A DNA stretch of 64,000 bases, taken from positions 20,188-84,187 of the forward strand of contig DATJIU010000105.1 in NCBI GenBank assembly GCA_035492855.1, written 5' to 3'. Source of the stretch: Dongiaceae bacterium (GTDB taxonomy: Bacteria > Verrucomicrobiota > Verrucomicrobiia > Limisphaerales > JAFMIX01). The notes under the pieces are model-generated. The model was not told the origin of the DNA. It saw only the letters and a program-made list of their open reading frames with translations, and did not search any database. Position numbers and translations under genes: made by a program. Each line of letters begins with the position of its first letter. Position 1 is the stretch's first letter. This document shows, one piece after another, positions 26,236 through 34,432 of the stretch.

Positions 26236-29175
26236 ATGAACATGAAAACCAAAGTCTCCCTTCGCCGTTGCGGCTTCGGTCTGGCCGGGGTCGCGCTCTT
26301 GCTTGGCGCGGCCGTCTGCCGGGCTGATTACCAAAGCACCGTGCTGGCTGACAGTCCGCAGGCTTATTATCCGCTCAATCTGGATGCCGATGGCGGCACC
26401 GCGGCCACGGATGTGACCGGCAACGGCAACAACGGCACCTATGTGAACATCTACGCCGGCTTCAATAATGCGGTGGGGCCGTCCGCATTCATCACCAATG
26501 CTGTCAGCTTCGACGGCCTCTCCACGTATGTGGACCTGAGCGGCGGCGGCAATCCCTCCCTGCTGAATTTCAGCGGCCCCATCACCCTGGAAGCCTGGGT
26601 GCAGCCCAGCGCCGGCAACGTGTATGGCAACATCATCGCCAAGGGCTACGACAGCAGCGTGGACTATAACGAAGTCACACTGCGCGCCAACAACGGGAAT
26701 TATTATGGCGGCACCTATTCTGACACCAACAATGTGCAGGGCGCCAGCGGCGGCCAGGAATCGGCCAACTGGGTGCATCTGGCGCTGACTCACGACGGCG
26801 CCAACTGGCGGCTGTATGTGAACAGCGTGCTCGTGCAGAGCAATCCGGACGCGGTGGGCGCCATCAACTGGCCCGCGCCGTGGCGGATTGGCACCGGCAG
26901 CGCCGATGGCGCCAGCCGGCTGTTCTCGGGGAACATCAGCCAGGTGGCCATTTACAATTACGGCCTGACGGCAGACCAGGTGCTGAACCATTTCACCGAG
27001 GGCATGCAGGGTGTGGCGCCGGCGGCAGCCGTGCCGATCATCATCGCCCCGCCCCAGGCGCAGTCCAATTACCTGGGCGGCACCGTGACCTTCAGCGTGA
27101 GCGTGGTGAGCGTTTCGCCCACCACCAACCAATGGTTCAAGGGCGCCACCGCCCTGACCGGCCAGACCAATGCCACGTTGACTCTCACCAATGTGAGCGG
27201 GGCGGACGAAGCGGATTACAGTGTGGTGGTGGGGAATGACAACGGCACCGCCACCAGTGCCACCGCAAGCTTTACCCTGCTGACTTCGGGCGCGAACCTG
27301 CGGTGGAGCGCCACCGGTGACGGCGCCAGTTGGGACACCGCCGGCTCGACCAGTTGGACCGACCTGGGCAACAACCAGACGGCATCCTTCAATGACGGCG
27401 ACAAGGTGACGTTCGACGACACCGTGGGCGTGACCACCAACGTGCAGGTGTCTGGCACGGTTTCGCCGAGCCTGATCACGGTCAATTCCAGCACCAACAA
27501 TTTCACGTTCAACAACAACTCCGGCACGTTGAGCGGGGCGGGCGGCCTGACCAAGAAAGGCACCAGCACGCTGACCGTTCTGAGCGCCGGCAATTTCACC
27601 GGGCCGGTGAACCTCCAGGGCGGCGTGATTTATGCCGGCAACAATTCCTTCGCCTCCGTGTCCGGCATCACGATTACCAATGGAAGCTCGCTGGACCTGG
27701 GTGGCGGCACGTTCCATAACAACAAGCCCATCAGCGTCTCCGGCAGCGGCGCCAACGGACTCGGCGCCATTGACAACACTTACGACGATTATCCGGCGCA
27801 GTCGGTGAACCTCACCCTGACGGGCGACACGCGGCTCGGCACCAACAAGCGCTGGGACCTCGCCGGCGGTTCCCAAATCAGCGGGCCGCATCTGTTGACG
27901 TTAAACCTCGTCGGGGCGGGTTACACTGAGTGGAATTCCCCCGTCATTGGTGCGGACCTGACGGGCATCGTGCTGACCAACGGCAATTTCGGCGCGAAGG
28001 GCATGGATAACAGTTTCCAGAATCCTGCCACTATGCTCACGGTGGGCACCAACCTTCAGGTAACTTTCTGGAGCGGCGGCTGGAACGGCAGCATGCACCT
28101 GCTGTCAGGCAGCCAGGTCAATCTGTGGACGGCGCCGGCGGCCATCTCCGGCAGCACCATCATCCTCGAAGAAGGCAGTCAGTGGGGCAGTTGGTACAAC
28201 TCGGGCGACGAGCCGGTCAATAACGCCATGGTGTTCAACGGCGTGGCGCACCTGCCCATGGGGGACCACAACATGATTTACACCAACCTGCTGAGTGGTC
28301 CGGGCGGGTTTGTCATGGACATCTGGAACCACGCCATGGTGTTGTCCGCCTCCAACACCTACAGCGGTCCGACCATCATCGGCGACGGTCCGCAAATCTC
28401 CCTGATGGGTGAAGGTTCCATCTCGCACAGCGCGCTGATCTTTTTCGGCGGCGCCAATTCCAATTCCGTCCACATCACCGCGACTGGCCGGCCCGATCAA
28501 ACCCTCAAGCTTGCGGCGGGGCAGACGCTGGCCGGCATCGGCGCGGTGGATGGCAAGCTGGTGGTGTCTCCCGGGGCCACCCTCGCTCCCGCGGGCACCA
28601 ACACCACCCTCAACATCACGACCGGCGCCAATGCCATTGGGATGATCGAGGCCATTGACAGCATTACGCTGGGCGGCACCACCACCATCAAGCTGAACGG
28701 CTCGGGAGTCTGCGACATGGTGCAATCCGTGGCCGCCGACATCACCTACGGCGGTACGCTTAATCTGGTCAACCTCAGCGGCACCCCGCTGGCCGCGGGC
28801 GATAGTTTCCCGATCTTTTCGGCCACCGGGTTCTCCGGCAACTTCGCCAACTTTGTGCCCACCACGCCCGGGGCCGGTCTGGCCTGGGACACCAACTCGC
28901 TCAGCAGCGGCATCCTCGGCGTCAAAACCGCTTCCGCCTCCGGCCAGCCTGTCATCACGGGCATCACGGTGTCTGGCGGCAGCTTGATCGTCAGTGGCAA
29001 CAACGGCACGGCCAGCGGCAGCTATGTGGTGCTGACCTCCACGAACGTGGCGGCACCGCTGAATGCGTGGATTCCGGTGGCCACCAATTCGTTTGATGGC
29101 ACCGGGGCGTTTGGCTTCACCAACACCATCAGTGCGAACGTGCCGGAACTGTTCTACCGGTTGCAGGTGCAGTGA
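26236..29175 (+). CDS. Large secreted LamG-like / Ig-like / autotransporter-associated beta-strand-repeat (PATR) protein (979 aa)
   Basis: ATG 26236 gives signal peptide; LamG-type block (FDG...ITLEAWVQP...WVHLALTHDGANWRLYVN...FSGNISQVAIYNYGL), Ig-like block (YSVVVGNDNGTATS), repeated GxLTKxGxGTLTL-like PATR units; C-terminal approx 75-aa domain ending ELFYRLQVQ. Confidence 0.8.
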   Translation: MNMKTKVSLRRCGFGLAGVALLLGAAVCRADYQSTVLADSPQAYYPLNLDADGGTAATDVTGNGNNGTYVNIYAGFNNAVGPSAFITNAVSFDGLSTYVDLSGGGNPSLLNFSGPITLEAWVQPSAGNVYGNIIAKGYDSSVDYNEVTLRANNGNYYGGTYSDTNNVQGASGGQESANWVHLALTHDGANWRLYVNSVLVQSNPDAVGAINWPAPWRIGTGSADGASRLFSGNISQVAIYNYGLTADQVLNHFTEGMQGVAPAAAVPIIIAPPQAQSNYLGGTVTFSVSVVSVSPTTNQWFKGATALTGQTNATLTLTNVSGADEADYSVVVGNDNGTATSATASFTLLTSGANLRWSATGDGASWDTAGSTSWTDLGNNQTASFNDGDKVTFDDTVGVTTNVQVSGTVSPSLITVNSSTNNFTFNNNSGTLSGAGGLTKKGTSTLTVLSAGNFTGPVNLQGGVIYAGNNSFASVSGITITNGSSLDLGGGTFHNNKPISVSGSGANGLGAIDNTYDDYPAQSVNLTLTGDTRLGTNKRWDLAGGSQISGPHLLTLNLVGAGYTEWNSPVIGADLTGIVLTNGNFGAKGMDNSFQNPATMLTVGTNLQVTFWSGGWNGSMHLLSGSQVNLWTAPAAISGSTIILEEGSQWGSWYNSGDEPVNNAMVFNGVAHLPMGDHNMIYTNLLSGPGGFVMDIWNHAMVLSASNTYSGPTIIGDGPQISLMGEGSISHSALIFFGGANSNSVHITATGRPDQTLKLAAGQTLAGIGAVDGKLVVSPGATLAPAGTNTTLNITTGANAIGMIEAIDSITLGGTTTIKLNGSGVCDMVQSVAADITYGGTLNLVNLSGTPLAAGDSFPIFSATGFSGNFANFVPTTPGAGLAWDTNSLSSGILGVKTASASGQPVITGITVSGGSLIVSGNNGTASGSYVVLTSTNVAAPLNAWIPVATNSFDGTGAFGFTNTISANVPELFYRLQVQ

Positions 29176-29204
29176 TATTACCGGCATTGACATAACCCCA
29201 TCAG

Positions 29205-29238
29205 CCGCCGGACCATTCGCCTGGTCCGGCGGTTTTAT
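29205..29238 (+). terminator. Rho-independent terminator after the LamG/PATR gene
   Basis: 10-bp stem CCGCCGGACC/GGTCCGGCGG, 8-nt loop, then TTTTAT. Confidence 0.65.
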
Positions 29239-29311
29239 GACTGCTATCGGAGGGTTTCCCCAAATTTGATTCCGTTAAATTTTAGTAAAATTCCATCCTG
29301 AAACTGAATTG

Positions 29312-30010
29312 ATGATGAAACTTAATCTGCTTCTTTGCCTGGCAGCCTTGGGACTGGGCGGATGTGTTGCGGCCCCCAAACAAACGCCGGTGGCCGTGGC
29401 GGCGCCGGCGGACCGCGAATCCATCGAGTGGTGCGATATCTGGATTTCGCACGCCAACGAAACCAACCTGCCGCGGGTGTTGCTGATCGGCGATTCCATC
29501 ACGCGCGATTATTATCCCGACGTGGAAAAACATCTGGAAGGCCGCGCGTACGTGGGCCGGCTGTCCACCTCGCGGTTCATTTCCGATCCGGTGCTGCTGC
29601 GCGAGCTGGCGCTGGTGCTGGATGAATTTGATTTCTCCGTGGTGCATTTCAACAACGGCATGCACGGCTGGCAGCACAGCGAGGCGGAATATCGCGCCGC
29701 CTTTCCGGCGTTCTTCGCCACCATCCGCGCCCATGCGCCCCACGCCAAACTCGTGTGGGCCACCACCACGCCATTGAAGGTCTCGCCGGCCCAACCCCGG
29801 CCGGACGAAGCCACCGACACCCGCGTGGCGGCGCGCAACGCCATCGCCGCCGAACTGCTGCAACCCCAGGGCGTGGCCGTGGATGACTTGAATACGCTGG
29901 TGGCGGGGCATCCGGAATATCACAGCGACAACGTGCATTTCAACCGCCAGGGGATCGAACTCGAAGCCCAACAGGTGGCGGCGAGCATCGCCCCGTTGTT
30001 GCCGCGCTGA
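29312..30010 (+). CDS. SGNH/GDSL-family hydrolase lipoprotein (232 aa)
   Basis: ATG 29312 (track start 29309 is TTG); lipobox LGLGGC; block I LLIGDSITRDY, block III NNGMHG, block V DNVHFN. Confidence 0.8.
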   Translation: MMKLNLLLCLAALGLGGCVAAPKQTPVAVAAPADRESIEWCDIWISHANETNLPRVLLIGDSITRDYYPDVEKHLEGRAYVGRLSTSRFISDPVLLRELALVLDEFDFSVVHFNNGMHGWQHSEAEYRAAFPAFFATIRAHAPHAKLVWATTTPLKVSPAQPRPDEATDTRVAARNAIAAELLQPQGVAVDDLNTLVAGHPEYHSDNVHFNRQGIELEAQQVAASIAPLLPR

Positions 30011-30156
30011 GCCTGGTGGCGCGGAGCCGCCTGCGGTCGGGGAGACATGCCATGCCGTCGGAGTGCGCCCGACCTTGGACGCACCCCGACGTAAGTTCTG
30101 AGATGGGCTCTGGCATCCGCAGCCAGCCCGGGGTAATCTTTTGTTACCAAACTCAA

Positions 30157-32337
30157 ATGAAAATTGCCCTGGCCCTCACCCTGTCCGGCCTCTTCCTGGC
30201 TTCACTGGCCCGCGCGGTGGAAACCAACCCGCCCGCGCTGTACCTGGACCTCACCCAACCCGTGGACCGGCGGGTGGCGGATTTGATTTCGCGGCTGACG
30301 CTCGAGGAAAAGGCCATCCTGTTGAACCATCGCGGGCCGACCATCGAGCGGTTTCACATTCGCGCGGACCAGTGGAATCAATGTCTCAATGGCGTACAAT
30401 GGAACCGGCCCACCACGCTCTTTCCCAGTTGCATCGGCATGGCCGCCACGTGGGACACGAATCTCGTGCATGAGGTCGCCACCGCGTTATCCGACGAGGC
30501 CCGCGCCATTTACAACGGTTGGCATCTCGACCCCAACGCGCCCGGTCAGCACAAGGGGCTGATTTATCGCGACCCGGTCATCAATATCGGGCGCAACCCC
30601 TATTGGGGCCGCAACCACGAGGCGTGGGGTGAAGACCCGTTTCTCACCGGGAGCATGGCGGTGAGTTACGTGCAGGGCTTGCAGGGCGACGACCCGCACT
30701 ATCTGAAAATTGCGGCCACGCTGAAACATTACGCGGTCAACAACGTGGAGACGGACCGGCAGAAGCTGAACGCCGTGGTGTCCGAGCGCATGCTGCATGA
30801 ATACTGGCTGCCGCACTTTCGCGCGGGCGTGGTGGTGGGTGGCGCGAGTTCCTTGATGGCCAGCTACAACGCCATCAACGGCACGCCCAACAATATCAAC
30901 CACTGGCTGCTGACCGAGGTGTTGAAACAGGATTGGGGCTTTCAGGGCTTTGTGGTTTCAGATTTGGGCGGCGTCCGCACCATGGTGGAAGGGCACGAGA
31001 ACAAGCAGATGAGTTTGGAAGATGCCGTGGCGCGCAGCCTCATGGCGGGTTGCGATTTTTCCGACCGGGAATTTCAGGATTATATTCCCGCCGCCGTGCG
31101 CGATGGCAAGCTCACCGAAGCGAGGTTGGATGATGCCCTGACCCGCGTGTTGCGCGTACGGTTCCGCCTGGGCGAATTTGATCCTTTTACCGCTGTGCCA
31201 TACGGCAAGATTCCGCTCTCCGTCATCAACAGCCCCGCGCACCGGGAGCTGGCCTTGCAGGCGGCGCGGGAATCGCTCGTGCTGTTGCAGAACCGCGGGG
31301 GATTGCTGCCGCTGGACGCAAAAGCCATCAAAAGCATCGCCGTGCTGGGGCCGCTGGCGGACCAGATTGTGCTCAACAATTACAACGGCAAGGTGGGCGC
31401 GACGGTTACCGGGTTGCAGGGCATCCGCGATCGCGTGGGTTCCGGGGTGAAAGTGCTTTCCGCTGTTGGGGCCACGGTGGGCGGCGACCCGAATGCCGAA
31501 AAGAAAGAGCCGGCGGCGGCGGATCCGGCGGCAGCCCGGCAACAGGCCGTGGCGCTGGCCCGCCAGGCGGATGTGGCCATTGTTTTCGTGGGCACCACGG
31601 CGGCGGTGGAGCAGGAAGGCCGCGACCGTCAGACGTTGGGATTGACCGGTACGCAGGAGCAGTTGGTGGAAGCCGTTTGCGCCGCCAATCCGCGCACCAT
31701 CGTCGTGGAAATTAGCGCCGGGCCGTTGACCGTGCCCTGGATTGCCACTCACGCTCCGGCATTGCTCCAGGCCTGGTGGCCGGGCGAAGCCGGCGGACAG
31801 GCGATTGCCGAGGTGCTGTTCGGCGACGTGAATCCCGCCGGCCGCCTGCCGCACACGGTGTATGCCTCCGAAGCGCAGGTGCCGCCGGTGGAGGAGTACG
31901 ACATTACCAAGGGATTCACCTACATGTACGTGCAGGGCGCGCCGCTGTTTCCCTTTGGCCACGGACTGAGTTACACGACATTTCGCTATGATGATTTAAA
32001 ATTATCGGCGGCCCAAATAAAACCGGATGGCGCCCTCACGGCGAGTGTGGCGGTAAAAAATACCGGCGCGCGCGCCGGCGACGAAGTGGTGCAGCTCTAC
32101 GTGCATCAGGAACAAAGCCGGGTGAAACGTCCGGAGAAGGAATTGGAAGGCTTTGCGCGCATCCACTTGGAGCCGGGCGAAACGAAAACCGTCACCTTCT
32201 CCCTGACCGCGCCGCAACTGGCCTATTGGGATGAAACCGTCCATCACTTCGTTGTACCACCCGGGAAGTACGACGTGATGATCGGCGCTTCCTCGGCGGA
32301 CATCCGGGCGCAGGGCCAGTTGGAAGTGACGGAATAA
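30157..32337 (+). CDS. GH3 family beta-glycosidase (beta-glucosidase/xylosidase type), 726 aa
   Basis: ATG 30157 gives signal peptide MKIALALTLSGLFLASLARA; GH3 blocks KHYAVNN, GFVVSDLGGV, C-terminal fibronectin-like domain (VQLYV...RPEKELEGFARIHLEPGE). Confidence 0.88.
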   Translation: MKIALALTLSGLFLASLARAVETNPPALYLDLTQPVDRRVADLISRLTLEEKAILLNHRGPTIERFHIRADQWNQCLNGVQWNRPTTLFPSCIGMAATWDTNLVHEVATALSDEARAIYNGWHLDPNAPGQHKGLIYRDPVINIGRNPYWGRNHEAWGEDPFLTGSMAVSYVQGLQGDDPHYLKIAATLKHYAVNNVETDRQKLNAVVSERMLHEYWLPHFRAGVVVGGASSLMASYNAINGTPNNINHWLLTEVLKQDWGFQGFVVSDLGGVRTMVEGHENKQMSLEDAVARSLMAGCDFSDREFQDYIPAAVRDGKLTEARLDDALTRVLRVRFRLGEFDPFTAVPYGKIPLSVINSPAHRELALQAARESLVLLQNRGGLLPLDAKAIKSIAVLGPLADQIVLNNYNGKVGATVTGLQGIRDRVGSGVKVLSAVGATVGGDPNAEKKEPAAADPAAARQQAVALARQADVAIVFVGTTAAVEQEGRDRQTLGLTGTQEQLVEAVCAANPRTIVVEISAGPLTVPWIATHAPALLQAWWPGEAGGQAIAEVLFGDVNPAGRLPHTVYASEAQVPPVEEYDITKGFTYMYVQGAPLFPFGHGLSYTTFRYDDLKLSAAQIKPDGALTASVAVKNTGARAGDEVVQLYVHQEQSRVKRPEKELEGFARIHLEPGETKTVTFSLTAPQLAYWDETVHHFVVPPGKYDVMIGASSADIRAQGQLEVTE

Positions 32338-32396
32338 TTTGGCGGCCCGATTCTTCCGCACCCCGGGAAGATTCTGGCGCAAGTGCTACATTAAGG

Positions 32397-32570
32397 CCCC
32401 TCACCTCTTTCCCTGTTTGGCGGGGTGAGGAGGATCAATGATGCGCTCACTGCGCATGCGACGACCCGTTGATAGCGGCGTTGCTTTACACAAATTCGGA
32501 GAAATTTCAGGACGCCAATTTGTGCTCCCTCTCCTCGCCAAAACGAGAAGAGGGTGGGGTGAGGAGGGCT
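32397..32570. repeat. Cluster of dyad symmetries plus a 12-nt direct repeat in a convergent intergenic region
   Basis: Hairpins CCTCACC..GGTGAGG (32399-32430), ATGCGC/GCGCAT (32441-32457), CACAAATT/AATTTGTG (about 32489-32523), CCCTCTCCTCG/CGAGAAGAGGG (32528-32553); GGGGTGAGGAGG occurs at 32422-32433 and 32556-32567. Confidence 0.5.
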
Positions 32571-32638
32571 CATGTCTCAGCGCCGCCTGACCCGGGTTAA
32601 ACCTCGGCGCGGCGAGACCGGCAGCCCGTTACGCCTGC

Positions 32639-33637
32639 CTATTTCACCGAATCCAGCTTGATGTTGATGTCCTGGTGTATTTTGGTGGTGACCGATTGCG
32701 GTTGCTCGGATTTTCCGCGCGAACGGTTGGGCATGGTCACCACCATCGTGATTTCCTGGTTCACGGCGGTGTCAATGATGAGGCCCAGTTCCGGGTCAAA
32801 CCAGGAGGTGCCGGAAGTTGTGCCGTCCTGGATCTCCATGCCCAGGCCGAGCGATTTGGTGGCGGTGCCGGTTTCGGTCTTTACCGTGCCGGAAAATTCC
32901 AGCCGGGCGCATTCGCGCGGGCCGTGTTTCTCCCAGCCCTGGAAGTGGAAGGTGTAATCCAGCACCAGCGTGCCGAGCATGTCCATGGGATATTTCAACT
33001 GCACCGGCCAGGAATCCCCCGGGGCCACCGGGTGATCCGGCAGAAACTTGCTGCTGTCCATGAGTTGTTTGAAATAGCCCTCGCCGAACATGCTCTTGAG
33101 CGGGGCCGCGACCATGGCTGGCTGCCCCTTCATCAGCTTGTCCGTCAGTTCGGTGACGCCCTGGATCGCGGTGACATTATTGCTGGCATCCAGTTCGTAT
33201 TTGATCTTGGAACCCACGATTTTCCCGAAGAAGCCGGCAACGGGATTGGTTTTTTCGTCGCCCGCTGCTTGGGTGGAATCATAGTCCATCAATTTTCGGC
33301 CGCCCATTTCCATGGCCATGCGGGCGCTGAGAAATTCCATTTCCACTTCGTGGCCGCCGCCGGGAGTTTCCTTCACCACTTTCAGCGAATATTTCTGCCC
33401 CATGCTCATGTCCTGCTGCATGGTCTGGTTCTGCCCGGGCATGGAGATGTCGGTGAGGGTCTTCATGTCCATGCGCTGCACCACGCTTTCGCCGGGCGTC
33501 CATTTGATCGCCAGGGTCATGGGCCCGGCAGGAGGCTGAAACGTGGAGGTTTGGGACAGTTTTTCGGCCTTTTTGCAACCGGCCACAGCCAGGGCCAGGG
33601 CCAGGCCGACCAGCGGAAGCAACGTTTTGGAATTCAT
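32639..33637 (-). CDS. Met-rich lipoprotein of unknown function (332 aa)
   Basis: Lipobox LAVAGC after signal peptide; about 22 Met residues counted, clustered (MDMKTLTDISM, TMQQDMSMGQ, MEFLSARMAMEMGG); no catalytic motif recognised. Confidence 0.7.
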   Translation of the reverse strand: MNSKTLLPLVGLALALAVAGCKKAEKLSQTSTFQPPAGPMTLAIKWTPGESVVQRMDMKTLTDISMPGQNQTMQQDMSMGQKYSLKVVKETPGGGHEVEMEFLSARMAMEMGGRKLMDYDSTQAAGDEKTNPVAGFFGKIVGSKIKYELDASNNVTAIQGVTELTDKLMKGQPAMVAAPLKSMFGEGYFKQLMDSSKFLPDHPVAPGDSWPVQLKYPMDMLGTLVLDYTFHFQGWEKHGPRECARLEFSGTVKTETGTATKSLGLGMEIQDGTTSGTSWFDPELGLIIDTAVNQEITMVVTMPNRSRGKSEQPQSVTTKIHQDINIKLDSVK

Positions 33638-33811
33638 AATATATTAGATTACAGTTGGGATTTGGGCCTGATGAACAAAGGCAGTTTATGCCAATGGCCG
33701 GGGTTGGCCATTACATTATTAAGCCGAATTTATCACTCCCGCCGGGGATAAGGCAGGGCCGCTCCGGGCGAAAATCGGGGCGGGGCGGCGAATGAATCTG
33801 CGGTGCCGGGT

Positions 33812-34432
33812 TTACTTCGGCAGCAACGCGGCGAGGTCGTCGTGCGGGCGGGCGATGACGTGGGCGGCGATGAGCTTGCCCAGCGAGCCGACGGCCTGGC
33901 GGCCGGCTTCCACGGCGGCGGTTACGGCGGCCACGTCGCCCCGCACCATGACGGTCACGTAGGCGGCGCCGATCTTTTCCTTGCCCACGAGCGTCACGTT
34001 GGCGGACTTGAGCATGGCGTCGGTGGCTTCGAGCACGGCGGTCAATCCCTGGGTTTCGAGGATGCCCAGGGCTTCAGGTTTGGAGGTCATAATCTTTTCA
34101 GCAGGTTGCGGATGATCGGCGGGCAGGAACTGGTCGCGCCCGCCGTACAGCGCGTTGATGGAGTTGGGAAAATTCAGGAGCGGGTTGAGCCCGGCCTCGG
34201 GCCGCGCCAGGCAATGCGTCACCGCCGTGGCGCCGAGTTCGCGCACGCGGGCCTCCACGGCGGCCAGCGCGGCGGTCACCGCCGCCACGTCGCCCTCCAG
34301 CCGGATCATCAAGGATTCGTTGCCGGTGGTCTCGATGCCCGCCAGGCGCACGTCCGCCGCCTTCACCGCGGTATCGGCGGCGATGGCGGTGAGGCTCAGA
34401 AATGGCACTTCGGCCAGACCCAGGGCGTTCAT
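33812..34432 (-). CDS. Bacterial microcompartment shell protein with two BMC (PF00936-like) domains (206 aa)
   Basis: C-terminal canonical BMC-H-like domain [57 protein letters not shown]...HVIARPH; diverged N-terminal copy [54 protein letters not shown]; ATG overlaps aldolase stop (ATGA 34429-34432). An internal start (MTSKPE) giving a 93-aa BMC-H cannot be excluded. Confidence 0.85.
   Translation of the reverse strand: MNALGLAEVPFLSLTAIAADTAVKAADVRLAGIETTGNESLMIRLEGDVAAVTAALAAVEARVRELGATAVTHCLARPEAGLNPLLNFPNSINALYGGRDQFLPADHPQPAEKIMTSKPEALGILETQGLTAVLEATDAMLKSANVTLVGKEKIGAAYVTVMVRGDVAAVTAAVEAGRQAVGSLGKLIAAHVIARPHDDLAALLPK

Noticed and set aside
26080-27891. 603-aa ORF antisense to the LamG/PATR gene (also 28105-29193)
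   Set aside because: It is opposite a gene with a signal peptide and LamG, Ig and PATR logic. The antisense product has no motifs and extreme Gly/Ala/Arg content.
32391-32573. 60-aa ORF (MSPPHPTLFSFWRGEGAQ…PPNRERGEGP) in the GH3/lipoprotein spacer
   Set aside because: It coincides exactly with the hairpin/direct-repeat cluster. The peptide looks like a translated repeat element and has no start context. It is called as a repeat instead.
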